Origin: Desulfarculales bacterium
GTDB taxonomy: Bacteria; Desulfobacterota; Desulfarculia; Desulfarculales; Desulfarculaceae
Direction of reading: 5' to 3'
DNA: 64,000 nucleotides
NCBI GenBank assembly: GCA_031554335.1
Contig: JAVBVK010000003.1
Span: 86,144-150,143 of the forward strand
Shown: positions 19,638 to 29,064 of the stretch, piece after piece
How the letters are laid out: the number at the start of each line of letters is the position of its first letter
Position numbering within the stretch: the first letter of the stretch is position 1
Notes under the pieces: generated by a model
Told to the model about the DNA's origin: nothing
The model's database searches: none
What the model saw: the letters and a program-made list of their open reading frames with translations, nothing else
Position numbers and translations under genes: made by a program

Positions 19638-20816
19638 ATGGCCGCTTCTACGGTTAGCTATTTGCATTTTTTCAAAACTGCTCTGCACCTTAATGGGACA
19701 GACCTGAAGCTGCTCCGCCTGCTGTTTGCTCCCAAGATAGATCCGCAAAACCTGGCGGATATTTTTGCCCGCTTCAAAGTTGATGAATTGCGCCAGGAAG
19801 AGGTAAGCCTGCTTTCGCAATTGTGCATTAAGGCCAATTATCAGGGGGTGCCTCCAGCACAGCGCCCTAGGATGAAAGGTGTTTCGCGCTATTTTGTTAC
19901 CCTGAACGCCCGCCAGACCTTCACCTTCCTGCAGTTGGCAGAACTTTATGCCCAAGCGGGCATTGAGGTGCTTTTATGCAAAGGCATTGCCATGCGCCTG
20001 GGTTACATGAAGGATCAGTCCCGCCATATGTGGGATGTGGACATTGCTGTCCGCCCGCGAGATTACGAGCGCGCCGTAGCCCTGGCCCGGCAGCATGGCT
20101 ATGCGGGCAAGCCGGGCATGCATGCCACCACCTTGGAAAAAGAAAAATACCTGCCCATAGACCTGCATTCTTATTTTCATAAAACCAGTGTGAAGGGCAT
20201 TGATGAAGGCGGAGTGTGGCAACGCAGCCGGCGGTTGAACATTCACGGGCAAAAACTTTTGCTGCCCGGCGTGGAAGATATTCTGGCACAACTGCTCACC
20301 AACGCCTTTTCCAATATTGTCATTGAAGGCAATACGCGGCCGCACCTGAAATGGATATATGATGCCGGCTGGCTTATACGATTTGCTGGTGTAAGTTGGC
20401 CACTGCTTTTCAAGGTTGCCCAAGAACTGCGGGTGGCCCATTTTGCTAAGCTTATGCTGCTGCTGCTGGAAGAGGTTTTACCGGGCACTGTCAACATGGC
20501 CGCTTTGGACAAAGCCTTTCCAGGCTATGAAAACAACAATACGCTGTTTGCCCATTATTACCGCAGCGCCATTTACTTCAAACGCTACTTCAGCGCCAAA
20601 CAAAGCGGCAAGCTAAGCAAATACATACTGCTGTGGCCCGGCTTTTGCTGGCACTACCACCGTTATTATCAGTACGGCCTGCCGTTGGCCAAACAAATCG
20701 AGCTGTTTCCCCAATATATAAAAACCATAATGGGTGCCCGTTCATGGTGGGGTTTACCGCTGGCCAGCATAAACAAAATTGCCCTTAGAATGAAGCGTGA
20801 TCGGGAGCTGTGTTGA
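19638..20816 (+). CDS. uncharacterised nucleotidyltransferase family protein (NTP_transf_5-like)
   Basis: 'MWDVDIAVRPRDYERAVALARQHGY' nucleotidyltransferase-fold motif. First ATG is at 19638; the listed 19623 start is GTG. Confidence 0.65.
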   Translation: MAASTVSYLHFFKTALHLNGTDLKLLRLLFAPKIDPQNLADIFARFKVDELRQEEVSLLSQLCIKANYQGVPPAQRPRMKGVSRYFVTLNARQTFTFLQLAELYAQAGIEVLLCKGIAMRLGYMKDQSRHMWDVDIAVRPRDYERAVALARQHGYAGKPGMHATTLEKEKYLPIDLHSYFHKTSVKGIDEGGVWQRSRRLNIHGQKLLLPGVEDILAQLLTNAFSNIVIEGNTRPHLKWIYDAGWLIRFAGVSWPLLFKVAQELRVAHFAKLMLLLLEEVLPGTVNMAALDKAFPGYENNNTLFAHYYRSAIYFKRYFSAKQSGKLSKYILLWPGFCWHYHRYYQYGLPLAKQIELFPQYIKTIMGARSWWGLPLASINKIALRMKRDRELC

Positions 20817-21889
20817 TAAGAGGGGTTACCAGAAGGATAAGCGGCGACGAGCAGCACCTGGCGCTTTATTTCGACAAAGTAAAGGAACGCCTGGCCGGGC
20901 TGCAGAAAAGCCGTAATTACGCTCCCCAGCCCATTGTGTTGAATCTTGCCGGCAAGCGGGTGGGGGTGGTTTTCGGTTCACAGGCCAATGAAGACGCGCT
21001 CATGCCTTCCCTGGCCTCCCAGCGTGCGCCGGGGCAAACCCCCGATGCGGGCTGCCTGTATTTCTGGCAGGATTGGCCCGGCAACTACTGCCCGGCCATT
21101 GAGCAAGACGACTTTGATGAAGAAGTCTGGCGCCATGAAAGCGCGGCGGCTAAGATTTTTGTGCCCATTAAAAAAGTGTACTACCTGGCCTGGCACTATG
21201 CGCGCAACGAATTTTTCTATTGTCTGCCTGCCACGCATTGCCAAAACTTCATCCACACCACCCATCCGCTGCGCCCCCAGTTGCATGCCTGGGCTTTGCA
21301 GCATGACCTGCTGTTTGCCCATGGCGCGGCGGTGGAGGTTGCCGGGTGCGGCATTTTCATAGGCGCGGCCAGTGGCAGCGGCAAATCCACCCTGGCTACC
21401 AGCTGCCTGTTGGCCGGCCATAAGTTTGCCGGCGACGACTATGTGCTCATTGATCGTGGCAATGTGGCGCACATGGTTTGCGCCACCGCCAACCTGCACC
21501 TGGACATGCTTGAGCGCATGCCCGCTTTGCGGCGGAAGGTCATCGGTAAAGATGCCAGATGCGACAACAAAACTCTGCTGGACTTGAGCGATTACGCTCA
21601 AGCATTAAAACAGCATATTAAACTGCGCATGGTGCTTATCCCCCGGCTAAGCACCAATGAAGGGCCCGCCATACGCCAGGTAAGCCCGGCGCGGCCGCTT
21701 TGGGAGGTGGTGCGCTCCACCGCCGAGCAGAATGGCGTACCTCATAGCCGAATTTTTATTAACAAAGTTTTTACGCAACTGACCTCTTTGCCAGTGTATG
21801 AATTTTTATTAAGCCCGGATGTTAACTGTAATGTCGAAGCGCTTGAAACATTTGTGAAGAAAAGGAAAGCTTATGTATTGTCTGAATGA
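20810..21889 (+). CDS. HPr kinase/phosphorylase-like P-loop protein (HprK-related kinase)
   Basis: 'GAASGSGKSTLATSCLLAGHKFAGDDYVLI' matches the HprK C-terminal P-loop plus DD motif. Overlaps the upstream gene by 7 nt. Confidence 0.7.
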   Translation: MLIRGVTRRISGDEQHLALYFDKVKERLAGLQKSRNYAPQPIVLNLAGKRVGVVFGSQANEDALMPSLASQRAPGQTPDAGCLYFWQDWPGNYCPAIEQDDFDEEVWRHESAAAKIFVPIKKVYYLAWHYARNEFFYCLPATHCQNFIHTTHPLRPQLHAWALQHDLLFAHGAAVEVAGCGIFIGAASGSGKSTLATSCLLAGHKFAGDDYVLIDRGNVAHMVCATANLHLDMLERMPALRRKVIGKDARCDNKTLLDLSDYAQALKQHIKLRMVLIPRLSTNEGPAIRQVSPARPLWEVVRSTAEQNGVPHSRIFINKVFTQLTSLPVYEFLLSPDVNCNVEALETFVKKRKAYVLSE

Positions 21890-22295
21890 AAGCAAAATGT
21901 TTTACGATTTGGCCGACAATCAGGCCATTATTATCGATTCCAGCACCGGTTTTTATTATGCGCTGAACATGCTGGGCTCCATGGTGTTCGACTATCTGGC
22001 CAAGGGCGCTTCCAGCGCGCTTATCCGCGCTGAACTACAAAAGCTGCCCCAGGCGCCCCCAGATGCCCCCAAACTGCTGGAAGAGTTTGAAGCGTACCTT
22101 TTGCGGCATGAAATTCTTCTGCCCGCTGAACAAGCTGTTGATATGCCCATAGCCTTTGCCGCGGAACTGGCGGCCAATGGTTTTGCCTTGGAAATTGAAC
22201 AATTCAACGATGCCCAGGAAATAATGCTGGCCGACCCTGTGCACGATGTGGACCTTGAAACAGGCTGGCCTTTTCTCAAGCAACCTGAACAATAG
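21873..22295 (+). CDS. PqqD family (RRE-like) protein
   Basis: Small protein with the pattern '...IIIDSSTGFYYALNMLGSMVFDYL'. Overlaps the upstream gene by 17 nt. Confidence 0.6.
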   Translation: MYCLNESKMFYDLADNQAIIIDSSTGFYYALNMLGSMVFDYLAKGASSALIRAELQKLPQAPPDAPKLLEEFEAYLLRHEILLPAEQAVDMPIAFAAELAANGFALEIEQFNDAQEIMLADPVHDVDLETGWPFLKQPEQ

Positions 22296-22297
22296 AG

Positions 22298-24130
22298 ATG
22301 CGGCCCGCCCTAGCGCCCCCGGAGCAATGCTTTGGCTGCCATGCCTGCCAGGCGGTTTGTCCAGAACAGGCTATTTTCATGCGGGAAGATGAAGAAGGCT
22401 TCACTTATCCTCATGTGGATTACGCGCGCTGTAAGCAATGCGAGTTATGTGCGCGCACCTGTCCGGCTTTGCGGCCCCATGAACATACGACATTGCCCAT
22501 AAAATTTTTAGGGTGCAGGCACCTGGACGCATCCACCAGAATGGGCAGTTCCTCGGGTGGCCTTTTCCCGGCCCTGGCGCGCGCCATGATCGCCCAGGGT
22601 GGTGTGGTTTATGGGGCCGCTCTGAAGCCGGCCGGTTTGGGCCTGGTGGTTCAGCACCGGCCCATCACCCATGCCGGCCAGCTTGGCGCCCTGCAAGGCT
22701 CCAAGTATGTGCAGAGCGCCATGGGCGGGGTTTGGCAAGCGCTGCGCGCGCATTTGGCTCAAGGCCCGGTGTTGTTTTCCGGCACGCCATGCCAGGTGGC
22801 TGCGGCCCGCGCCCTGGCCGGCCAGTACCATGACAGGCTGCTGACTATGGATCTTATCTGCGACGGTGTGGCCAGCCCCAAACTGTTTGCCCGATATCTG
22901 GCAGCGCTGGGCTCGGTTACAGGTTTTTGTTTTCGCGACAAAGCCGGCCACCAAAATTCGCGCGTGATTAGCTGGGAACAAAACAATAAGAAGTATTTTT
23001 CCCCTTATATCATCAATAGTTTCATGCATTTTTATTGTACAAAATTGTGCATGCGCCCCGCCTGCCATAGCTGCCCCTATGCCAGCTTGCAAAGAGCAGG
23101 CCATATAAGCGCCGGAGATTTTCATGGCGTGGAGCTGGTTGGCGGTGAATTGGACGATGGCATGGGGGTAAGCCTGGCCTTGCTCAACACTGCTGAGGGC
23201 ATGGCGGCATGGCAGGCTGTGGACCATTTATTCCACAACGTGGAAGTGACACAAGCACAGGCCATGCAGCCTCGTTTGCAACAGCCGCCTCAGGCTTCAT
23301 CGCAGCGCGCCAGCTTCATGACCCACCTGGCAACCATGTCATACCCGCAATTGGAACAACATTATCCCATCCATAAAAATCGGCAGCAAACCATGCTGCA
23401 CAATATAAAAGCCTTGCACAGCCTGCGCGCGCGGCAAGGCGCGCAAAATCCGCCTGAAATTTCAGTGCTGATAGTATGCTATAATTACGCGCATTTTCTC
23501 ATGCAGTGCCTAACCAGCGTGGGCGCGCAAACCTTTACCAGTTATGAAATTATTTTGGTAGATGACGGCTCCACAGACAATACCGCGCAAATAGCCAAGG
23601 CTTACCCGCGTGTACGCTATATCCGGCAAGAACACCAGGGCGTGGCCGCCGCCCGTAATACCGCGGTTAGAGCTGCGCGCGGTCAGTACCTGGCCTTTCT
23701 GGATGCGGACGACTATTGGCCGGTCCAGCGTTTGGCCACATTGTTGAACCATGCCAAAGCCTGCGCGCCAAAACTTGTGTTTGGCGCAATGCGGAATTTT
23801 TACCACAGCCCCCAGGTTGAAGATATCCCGCTGGCCCGGATCATGGCCAGGCGTTCCCAGGCGGTGCTGCCTTCCCTGACCCTGCTGCCCCGCACATTCT
23901 TTGATCTTTACGGCTGGTTTGATGAAAGCAAATTGTTCGGAGAAGACAGCGATTATATGGAGCGCCTGGTGGCGGCCCGCCTGGAGTTCGCCCACATCAA
24001 GGCCCCGGTGTTATATCGCCGCCTGCATGGAGACAACATTTCCTTAACACTGCGCAAAGAAAGTTTTCATCAAGACAGGTTGCGGCGCCTGGCGGCCGAT
24101 ATTCGCAAGCACCGCAAGGCAATGGCGTAA
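22298..24130 (+). CDS. fusion protein: 2x[4Fe-4S] ferredoxin + FrhB-like domain + family 2 glycosyltransferase
   Basis: 'CFGCHACQAVCP' and 'CKQCELCARTCP', then the 'SSSGGLFPALA' FrhB-like region. The C-terminal half carries 'ISVLIVCYNY...ILVDDGSTDNT...FLDADDYW'. Confidence 0.75.
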   Translation: MRPALAPPEQCFGCHACQAVCPEQAIFMREDEEGFTYPHVDYARCKQCELCARTCPALRPHEHTTLPIKFLGCRHLDASTRMGSSSGGLFPALARAMIAQGGVVYGAALKPAGLGLVVQHRPITHAGQLGALQGSKYVQSAMGGVWQALRAHLAQGPVLFSGTPCQVAAARALAGQYHDRLLTMDLICDGVASPKLFARYLAALGSVTGFCFRDKAGHQNSRVISWEQNNKKYFSPYIINSFMHFYCTKLCMRPACHSCPYASLQRAGHISAGDFHGVELVGGELDDGMGVSLALLNTAEGMAAWQAVDHLFHNVEVTQAQAMQPRLQQPPQASSQRASFMTHLATMSYPQLEQHYPIHKNRQQTMLHNIKALHSLRARQGAQNPPEISVLIVCYNYAHFLMQCLTSVGAQTFTSYEIILVDDGSTDNTAQIAKAYPRVRYIRQEHQGVAAARNTAVRAARGQYLAFLDADDYWPVQRLATLLNHAKACAPKLVFGAMRNFYHSPQVEDIPLARIMARRSQAVLPSLTLLPRTFFDLYGWFDESKLFGEDSDYMERLVAARLEFAHIKAPVLYRRLHGDNISLTLRKESFHQDRLRRLAADIRKHRKAMA

Positions 24131-24804
24131 TGGATCTGTCAGTGATCATACCGGCCTATAATGCGCGGGCCTATCTTGCCCAGTGCCTGCAAAGCGCTTT
24201 TGCGGCCTGCCAACGGGCTGCCATAACCTTTGAAATAATTGTTGTTGATGACGGCTCCACTGATAATACCGCGGCACTGGCCGCGCAACTGGGCGCGCGG
24301 CTTATCCGCCAGCCGCAGCGTGGCGCGGCGGTGGCCCGCAATGCGGGTTTGCTGGTGGCTAGGGGGCGGTTTGTTATGTTTCTGGATGCGGATGATATAT
24401 TGCTGGATCAGGCGGTGGCCAGCCTGCTGGCCCCTTTATTGGCCGACGCCGCTTTGCTGGCCAGCTTTGCTCTGGCGCAAGAATTCATCTCGCCAGAATT
24501 GCCGCCGGAACAGCAACGCCGCTTTGCCGTGCGCCCCTTGCCCTATGCCGGCTGTCTGCCGGGCTGTGTTATGGTGCGGCGTCCGGTCTTTGACAAAGTC
24601 GGCCGGTTTGACGAAACCCTGCCGGCCGGGGAAACCGTTGCCTGGCTGTTAGCGCTTAAGGATACGGGTGGCCCCTTTGCCGACCTTGACATCACCACTT
24701 TGCATCGCCGGCTGCATCCGGCCAGCACCGGCATGACCCAACGGGCCCTGGAGCAAAAAAGCTACCTAGCCCTGTTGCGCAACCGCATGAAGAACCGCTT
24801 ATGA
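24130..24804 (+). CDS. glycosyltransferase family 2
   Basis: 'SVIIPAYNA...IIVVDDGSTDNT...FLDADD'. The start overlaps the upstream stop (TAATG). Confidence 0.85.
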   Translation: MDLSVIIPAYNARAYLAQCLQSAFAACQRAAITFEIIVVDDGSTDNTAALAAQLGARLIRQPQRGAAVARNAGLLVARGRFVMFLDADDILLDQAVASLLAPLLADAALLASFALAQEFISPELPPEQQRRFAVRPLPYAGCLPGCVMVRRPVFDKVGRFDETLPAGETVAWLLALKDTGGPFADLDITTLHRRLHPASTGMTQRALEQKSYLALLRNRMKNRL

Positions 24805-25637
24805 ACGAACTGGTAAGCATTATAACCCCCACCTATCGGGCGGAACCATTTATCGCGGAATTTTTGCAAAGCGTGCTGGCCCAGAGCTATTCGCCCATAG
24901 AGTTTATCCTGGTTAATGACGGTTCTGACGACAATAGCGAGGCTATCATAAACGCCAGCGCCGCCGCTTTCCGGCAGCGCGGCATTAGCTTGCGCTATTT
25001 GCGCCAGCCTCACCAGGGGCAGGCCGCCGCCTTCAACCTGGCCCTGCCGCAGGTTTCGGGTAAGTATCTTACCTGGGCCGACTCTGACGACATTCTGCAT
25101 GCCGACAACATAAGGCTTAAAGTGGAATACATGCGTGCTCATAAAGATTGCCGCATGCTGCGCTGCAACGCTGTTGAGTTCAACCAGCTAACCGGGAGGG
25201 TAATTGGCCAAACCGCGCGGGCGCATGACAAAGCGGCCAGCAATATTTTCGAACGCCTGGTCAGCAGCACAACTTATTGCCTGGCCGGCTGCTATATGCT
25301 GGAAACTTCGCTGTTCAGGGAATGCTACCCCGGGTTGCGCATTCCGGAATCGTCCCTTGGGCAAAACCTGCAAATGCTTTTACCGCCAGCCAGCCGGGTT
25401 GTTTGTCACTATATTGACGCGGTTCTGCTCAATTACCGGCGGCATCCCGGCAGCCACTACCATTCGCAGCTTTCCTGGGGCAAAAGCCTGGCCAGGCTGA
25501 AGGCCCATGGCGCGCTGCTTAAAGCCATAGCCCCTTATTGCGCTACGGGCCAAGAATTTTTATTGAGCTACGAACCGGAAAAACCTATGTTGGATAAACT
25601 GCGTGCCACCCTAAACGCGCGCTCGGGTATGTTATGA
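24801..25637 (+). CDS. glycosyltransferase family 2
   Basis: 'VSIITPTYRAEPF...ILVNDGSDDNS...WADSDD'; 4-nt overlap with the upstream gene. Confidence 0.85.
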   Translation: MNELVSIITPTYRAEPFIAEFLQSVLAQSYSPIEFILVNDGSDDNSEAIINASAAAFRQRGISLRYLRQPHQGQAAAFNLALPQVSGKYLTWADSDDILHADNIRLKVEYMRAHKDCRMLRCNAVEFNQLTGRVIGQTARAHDKAASNIFERLVSSTTYCLAGCYMLETSLFRECYPGLRIPESSLGQNLQMLLPPASRVVCHYIDAVLLNYRRHPGSHYHSQLSWGKSLARLKAHGALLKAIAPYCATGQEFLLSYEPEKPMLDKLRATLNARSGML

Positions 25638-26713
25638 AGGTTGGAATTGTCACTTTCCATGAAGCGGCCAATTATGGCGCTGTGCTGCAGGCCTATGCGC
25701 TGCAAGAGGCCGTTAAGGAGCTGGGGGCCACGCCGTCATTTATTTCCTGCACCCCACTGGCCCCCGCGCCGCCGCCCGAGCCACCCGAGCTGCTGGCCCG
25801 CTTGCAAAAATTTCCGCGTTTGCGTGAAGAGCGGGAAAAAATGAAAGTCCAGCGCGGCAAAAGGAACGCTTTGTTCAGCGATTTCAGGCAGCGTTTGTCT
25901 ATTTCCCCGTCCTATACAGCCGAACAACTGCCCCAGTTGAATGCCGTTTATGACACATTCATTACCGGCAGCGACCAGGTGTGGAATTATGAGATTATTG
26001 GGCGCAATCCTTTTTACTTTCTGGACTTCGCCCATCGGGCCAAGCGTTTTTCCTATGCCGCCAGTTTCGGGCTGCATGAATTGCCAAAGCAGTTGCACGG
26101 CTGGTATGCCGAGCATCTGCTCCACTTTGCCCAAATATCTGTGCGAGAGGCTAGCGGGCAGAAGCTAGTTGCGCAACTGCTGCAACGGCAAGCCCACTTG
26201 TGCCTGGATCCGGTGTTTTTGCTTGACGCGCACAATTGGAAAAAACTGGCGTTATCTGCCCGTGCTGACGGACATGGTGGCGGGCAGCTTTTTCTGTATC
26301 TGGTAGACCTGGATAAGCGCCTGCTGCGCCTGGCCGGCACCTGGGCGGCGCAAACCCATAGGGAAGTAAAAATTGTAACCGCCAGCCTGCAGGGGCCACT
26401 GCCTCCTGAAACATGGTGCGGCACCGGTGTGGCTGAATTTGTGGCCGATATAGCCCAGGCCTCGCTGGTGCTCACTGATTCTTTTCATGGCCTGGCTTTG
26501 GCCATAATTTTCGGTAAGGATTTTTATGTGAGCGACAGGGTGCTGGAATCTCCCCGCGGCTCTCGCCTTGCGCATCTGTTGGCGCTAACCGGTCTATCCG
26601 CCCGCAGGGCTGACAATGCGCCTGCACCAGCCATAGACTGGCATGATGTCCATGACCGGCTGGCGCGGCAGAGGCAATTGTCGCTTCAGTATTTGCGCGA
26701 CATTGTAACTTGA
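25634..26713 (+). CDS. polysaccharide pyruvyl transferase family protein
   Basis: 'KVGIVTFHEAANYGAVLQAYALQ' N-terminus and 'TDSFHGLALAI' motif; 4-nt overlap with the upstream gene. Confidence 0.8.
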   Translation: MKVGIVTFHEAANYGAVLQAYALQEAVKELGATPSFISCTPLAPAPPPEPPELLARLQKFPRLREEREKMKVQRGKRNALFSDFRQRLSISPSYTAEQLPQLNAVYDTFITGSDQVWNYEIIGRNPFYFLDFAHRAKRFSYAASFGLHELPKQLHGWYAEHLLHFAQISVREASGQKLVAQLLQRQAHLCLDPVFLLDAHNWKKLALSARADGHGGGQLFLYLVDLDKRLLRLAGTWAAQTHREVKIVTASLQGPLPPETWCGTGVAEFVADIAQASLVLTDSFHGLALAIIFGKDFYVSDRVLESPRGSRLAHLLALTGLSARRADNAPAPAIDWHDVHDRLARQRQLSLQYLRDIVT

Positions 26714-28549
26714 GTGAAAAAAGAATTTATGTTATACGCCAGCCTGCAGGCCATTAAATCGGTATTCAAATATCTGCCCGGAAGGTTCCGTTTCCGCTTT
26801 GGCGTCAATATAGTTTTTTCAATAATTTTAAGCGGCCTGGAATTACTGCTGGCCGGCATTGTTTCCTTGATCGGGGTGTCCATGGTTTCTCCGGCTTTCA
26901 TGCTCCAACAGCCGGCAGTGGCCTTGCTGCTCACCCATGTTCCCTCACTCACCATGTTGTTTGCCGACCAGATGATACTGCTGGTGGCATTGATGGTACT
27001 GTTGTTTTTCATGTATCTTATCAAGATAGCCGCTTCCGCCTTCCTGGCTTGGTATCAATCGTTGTTCAGCCAGAACGTGGGCATTGAGTTGGGGCATAGA
27101 ATGTTCAGCGGGTTTTTGCATGCCCCTTATCTCTGGCACATCCAGCAAGATCTGTCCCGCCTGATGACCGATCTGTCCTGGCGTAACCATCTGGTTCTTT
27201 ATCTGCGTTTATCTCTAAATGCCATCAGCCAGACCATTGTGGTAATAATTCTGCTGGTTGCGCTTTTTTGCCTGGCTTCGGCCGCCGAGTTTTCAGCGGT
27301 GCTGCTTACCGGCCTTATTGCCTTTGCCGTATATTTAATGCTTAAAAAAAAGGTGCGCGCCATTACCCAAAAACTTACCGAACTGGAGGCGGAACAGGCG
27401 CGTATTACCTGGCCGGCCATACGGGGCATTCGTGAAGTTATCATACACCGGCAGCAAGACGCCTTTAGCCAGTATTTTAGCCAGATTCAAAAAAAGATGC
27501 GCCGTCTGAGGCTGTGGCTGGCAGTGCTGCAGCCTTCTCCGCCCTGGTTGCTGGAGCTGGCGGGAATTGGCATCCTGCTTTTGATCGTCTTTTACATGCG
27601 CGCTTCTGGCGCGGCGGTGGACCATATTGCCGGCACCATCGTAATCTTGTTTGCCATCTGCTGGCGTTTTCTGCCCTCGCTCAGCAAGGCGGTAAATTCC
27701 CTGCTGCAGATGCAGGCGTCTTTGCCATATTTAGAGCGTGTGATCATGCGCCTGGATGATGTGGAGCACGCTGAAGCACAACGCGGCACAGATAACACGG
27801 CCATAGCTTTTGCGCGCACAGTACAGTTACAAGGCATTAGTTTCAGATACCCCTCAACCCCTGGCGATGCCCCGGATGTTGTGAGCAACATCAACCTTAG
27901 CGTCACTAAAGGTACCATGGTGGGCTTTGTGGGGCTGCCCGGTTCGGGCAAGAGCACCCTGGCCGGCTTGCTTACCGGGCTTTTTGCGCCCACCAGCGGT
28001 GCCGTGCTTATTGACGGCCAGCCCTTAAGCGCCGCTTCACGGCAGCGATGGACAGCCAGCCTTGGTTATGTGCCGCAAACCCCCTTTGTATTGCATGACA
28101 GCATTGCCAACAATATTGCCTTCAGCAGGTGGGGGCAGCCGGTGGATGAGCAACGCATCATGCATACCTGCCAACTCAGTTCCATGGATTTTATCAATGA
28201 TTTGCCCGACGGCATTCATACGGTTGTGGGAGAAAACGGGGTACGCCTTTCTGGAGGGCAAATTCAGAAAATCGCCATTGCCAGAGCTTTATATGCGCAG
28301 CCGCAGCTTATTTTCTTTGACGAAGCCACCAACTCCTTAGACGAAGCTTCCGAACAGGCCATCTTGCGGGCATTGGTAAAACTGCATACTCACGCCACGG
28401 TGCTTATGGTAACTCACCGGCTCAACGCGCTTGCATCTTGCGATGTTATTCACTGGGTTGAAAATGGGGGTATTCGCTGCAGCGGGGAAAGCGGGTATGT
28501 GCTAGACCAATATCGCGATTTCCTGGCGCGGCGGGAATACAAACCGTAA
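26714..28549 (+). CDS. ABC transporter, fused permease/ATPase (MsbA-type exporter)
   Basis: Six-TM N-terminal half, Walker A 'GLPGSGKST', signature 'LSGGQIQKIAIARAL', Walker B 'LIFFDEATNSLD'. No C39 peptidase domain. Confidence 0.9.
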   Translation: MKKEFMLYASLQAIKSVFKYLPGRFRFRFGVNIVFSIILSGLELLLAGIVSLIGVSMVSPAFMLQQPAVALLLTHVPSLTMLFADQMILLVALMVLLFFMYLIKIAASAFLAWYQSLFSQNVGIELGHRMFSGFLHAPYLWHIQQDLSRLMTDLSWRNHLVLYLRLSLNAISQTIVVIILLVALFCLASAAEFSAVLLTGLIAFAVYLMLKKKVRAITQKLTELEAEQARITWPAIRGIREVIIHRQQDAFSQYFSQIQKKMRRLRLWLAVLQPSPPWLLELAGIGILLLIVFYMRASGAAVDHIAGTIVILFAICWRFLPSLSKAVNSLLQMQASLPYLERVIMRLDDVEHAEAQRGTDNTAIAFARTVQLQGISFRYPSTPGDAPDVVSNINLSVTKGTMVGFVGLPGSGKSTLAGLLTGLFAPTSGAVLIDGQPLSAASRQRWTASLGYVPQTPFVLHDSIANNIAFSRWGQPVDEQRIMHTCQLSSMDFINDLPDGIHTVVGENGVRLSGGQIQKIAIARALYAQPQLIFFDEATNSLDEASEQAILRALVKLHTHATVLMVTHRLNALASCDVIHWVENGGIRCSGESGYVLDQYRDFLARREYKP

Positions 28550-28583
28550 TCTGGGTCTGTCAATAATTTCGTGATAATGCATT

Positions 28584-28907
28584 TCATCGCAAGCGGGATT
28601 TGACTTTGTCTGGGAAGAAGACGCTAAGCTGGAGGAGTATTTGTCTCCAGTTATGTATTCTTCCGGTCCATTTCAACATTACATTTCGGGTAACCAGGTA
28701 GAGCATTTTCAACAAGGCCTTGTCAGAGGGGAAGACGGATTTGCCCTTGGTCACCCCGTGTAATTGGCGGTGGCAGCTTTCGATAAAGTTGGCGATGTAG
28801 ATAGTTTTCCCGGTCTCAGTCTCTGGCCGCCACCTCAAACAAACGGGATATAACCGCCAAATCCAGGCGTATGCTATTGGCGCCCACGCCTTCTTCCTGC
28901 CTTTCAT
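28584..28907 (-). pseudogene. IS256/mutator-family transposase C-terminal remnant
   Basis: 'IYIANFIESCHRQLHGVTKGKSVFPSDKALLKMLYLVTRNVMLKWTGRIHNWRQIL' matches the conserved IS256 C-terminus. The catalytic part is absent. Confidence 0.6.
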
Positions 28908-29019
28908 TCATAAAATCAACAGCATCTCTGCCTGTGATGGCAAAAAGATTTGAAGGCTATTTCCCGCTGTTGGAGCGCCCTGGCCCTTGTTGCCTGCTTT
29001 TGCGCATGCTGGCCATAAA

Positions 29020-29064
29020 AAAATGCTCCTCATTGATATGGTTTCATATCAATCGGAGCATTTT
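29020..29064 (-). terminator. probable ancestral terminator of tRNA-Phe, now displaced by the island
   Basis: Long hairpin aaaatgctcc..gatatg/catatc..ggagcatttt. On the minus strand it is followed by a T-run and lies about 55 nt downstream of the displaced tRNA 3' fragment. Confidence 0.5.

Noticed and set aside
19562-19657. 31-aa ORF (MIMPLLIVFYYNTLFSLTRISVHNCHGRFYG) as a possible RiPP precursor for the PqqD/HprK system
   Set aside because: It has no Shine-Dalgarno sequence, overlaps the start of the downstream gene in another frame, and is hydrophobic with no leader/core logic. Conservation cannot be tested here.
19638-28549. Calling the operon a lasso-peptide cluster
   Set aside because: There is no transglutaminase-like B2 protease, no intact asparagine-synthase-like cyclase in the operon, and no identifiable precursor. 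Three GT2 domains and a pyruvyl transferase dominate the locus.
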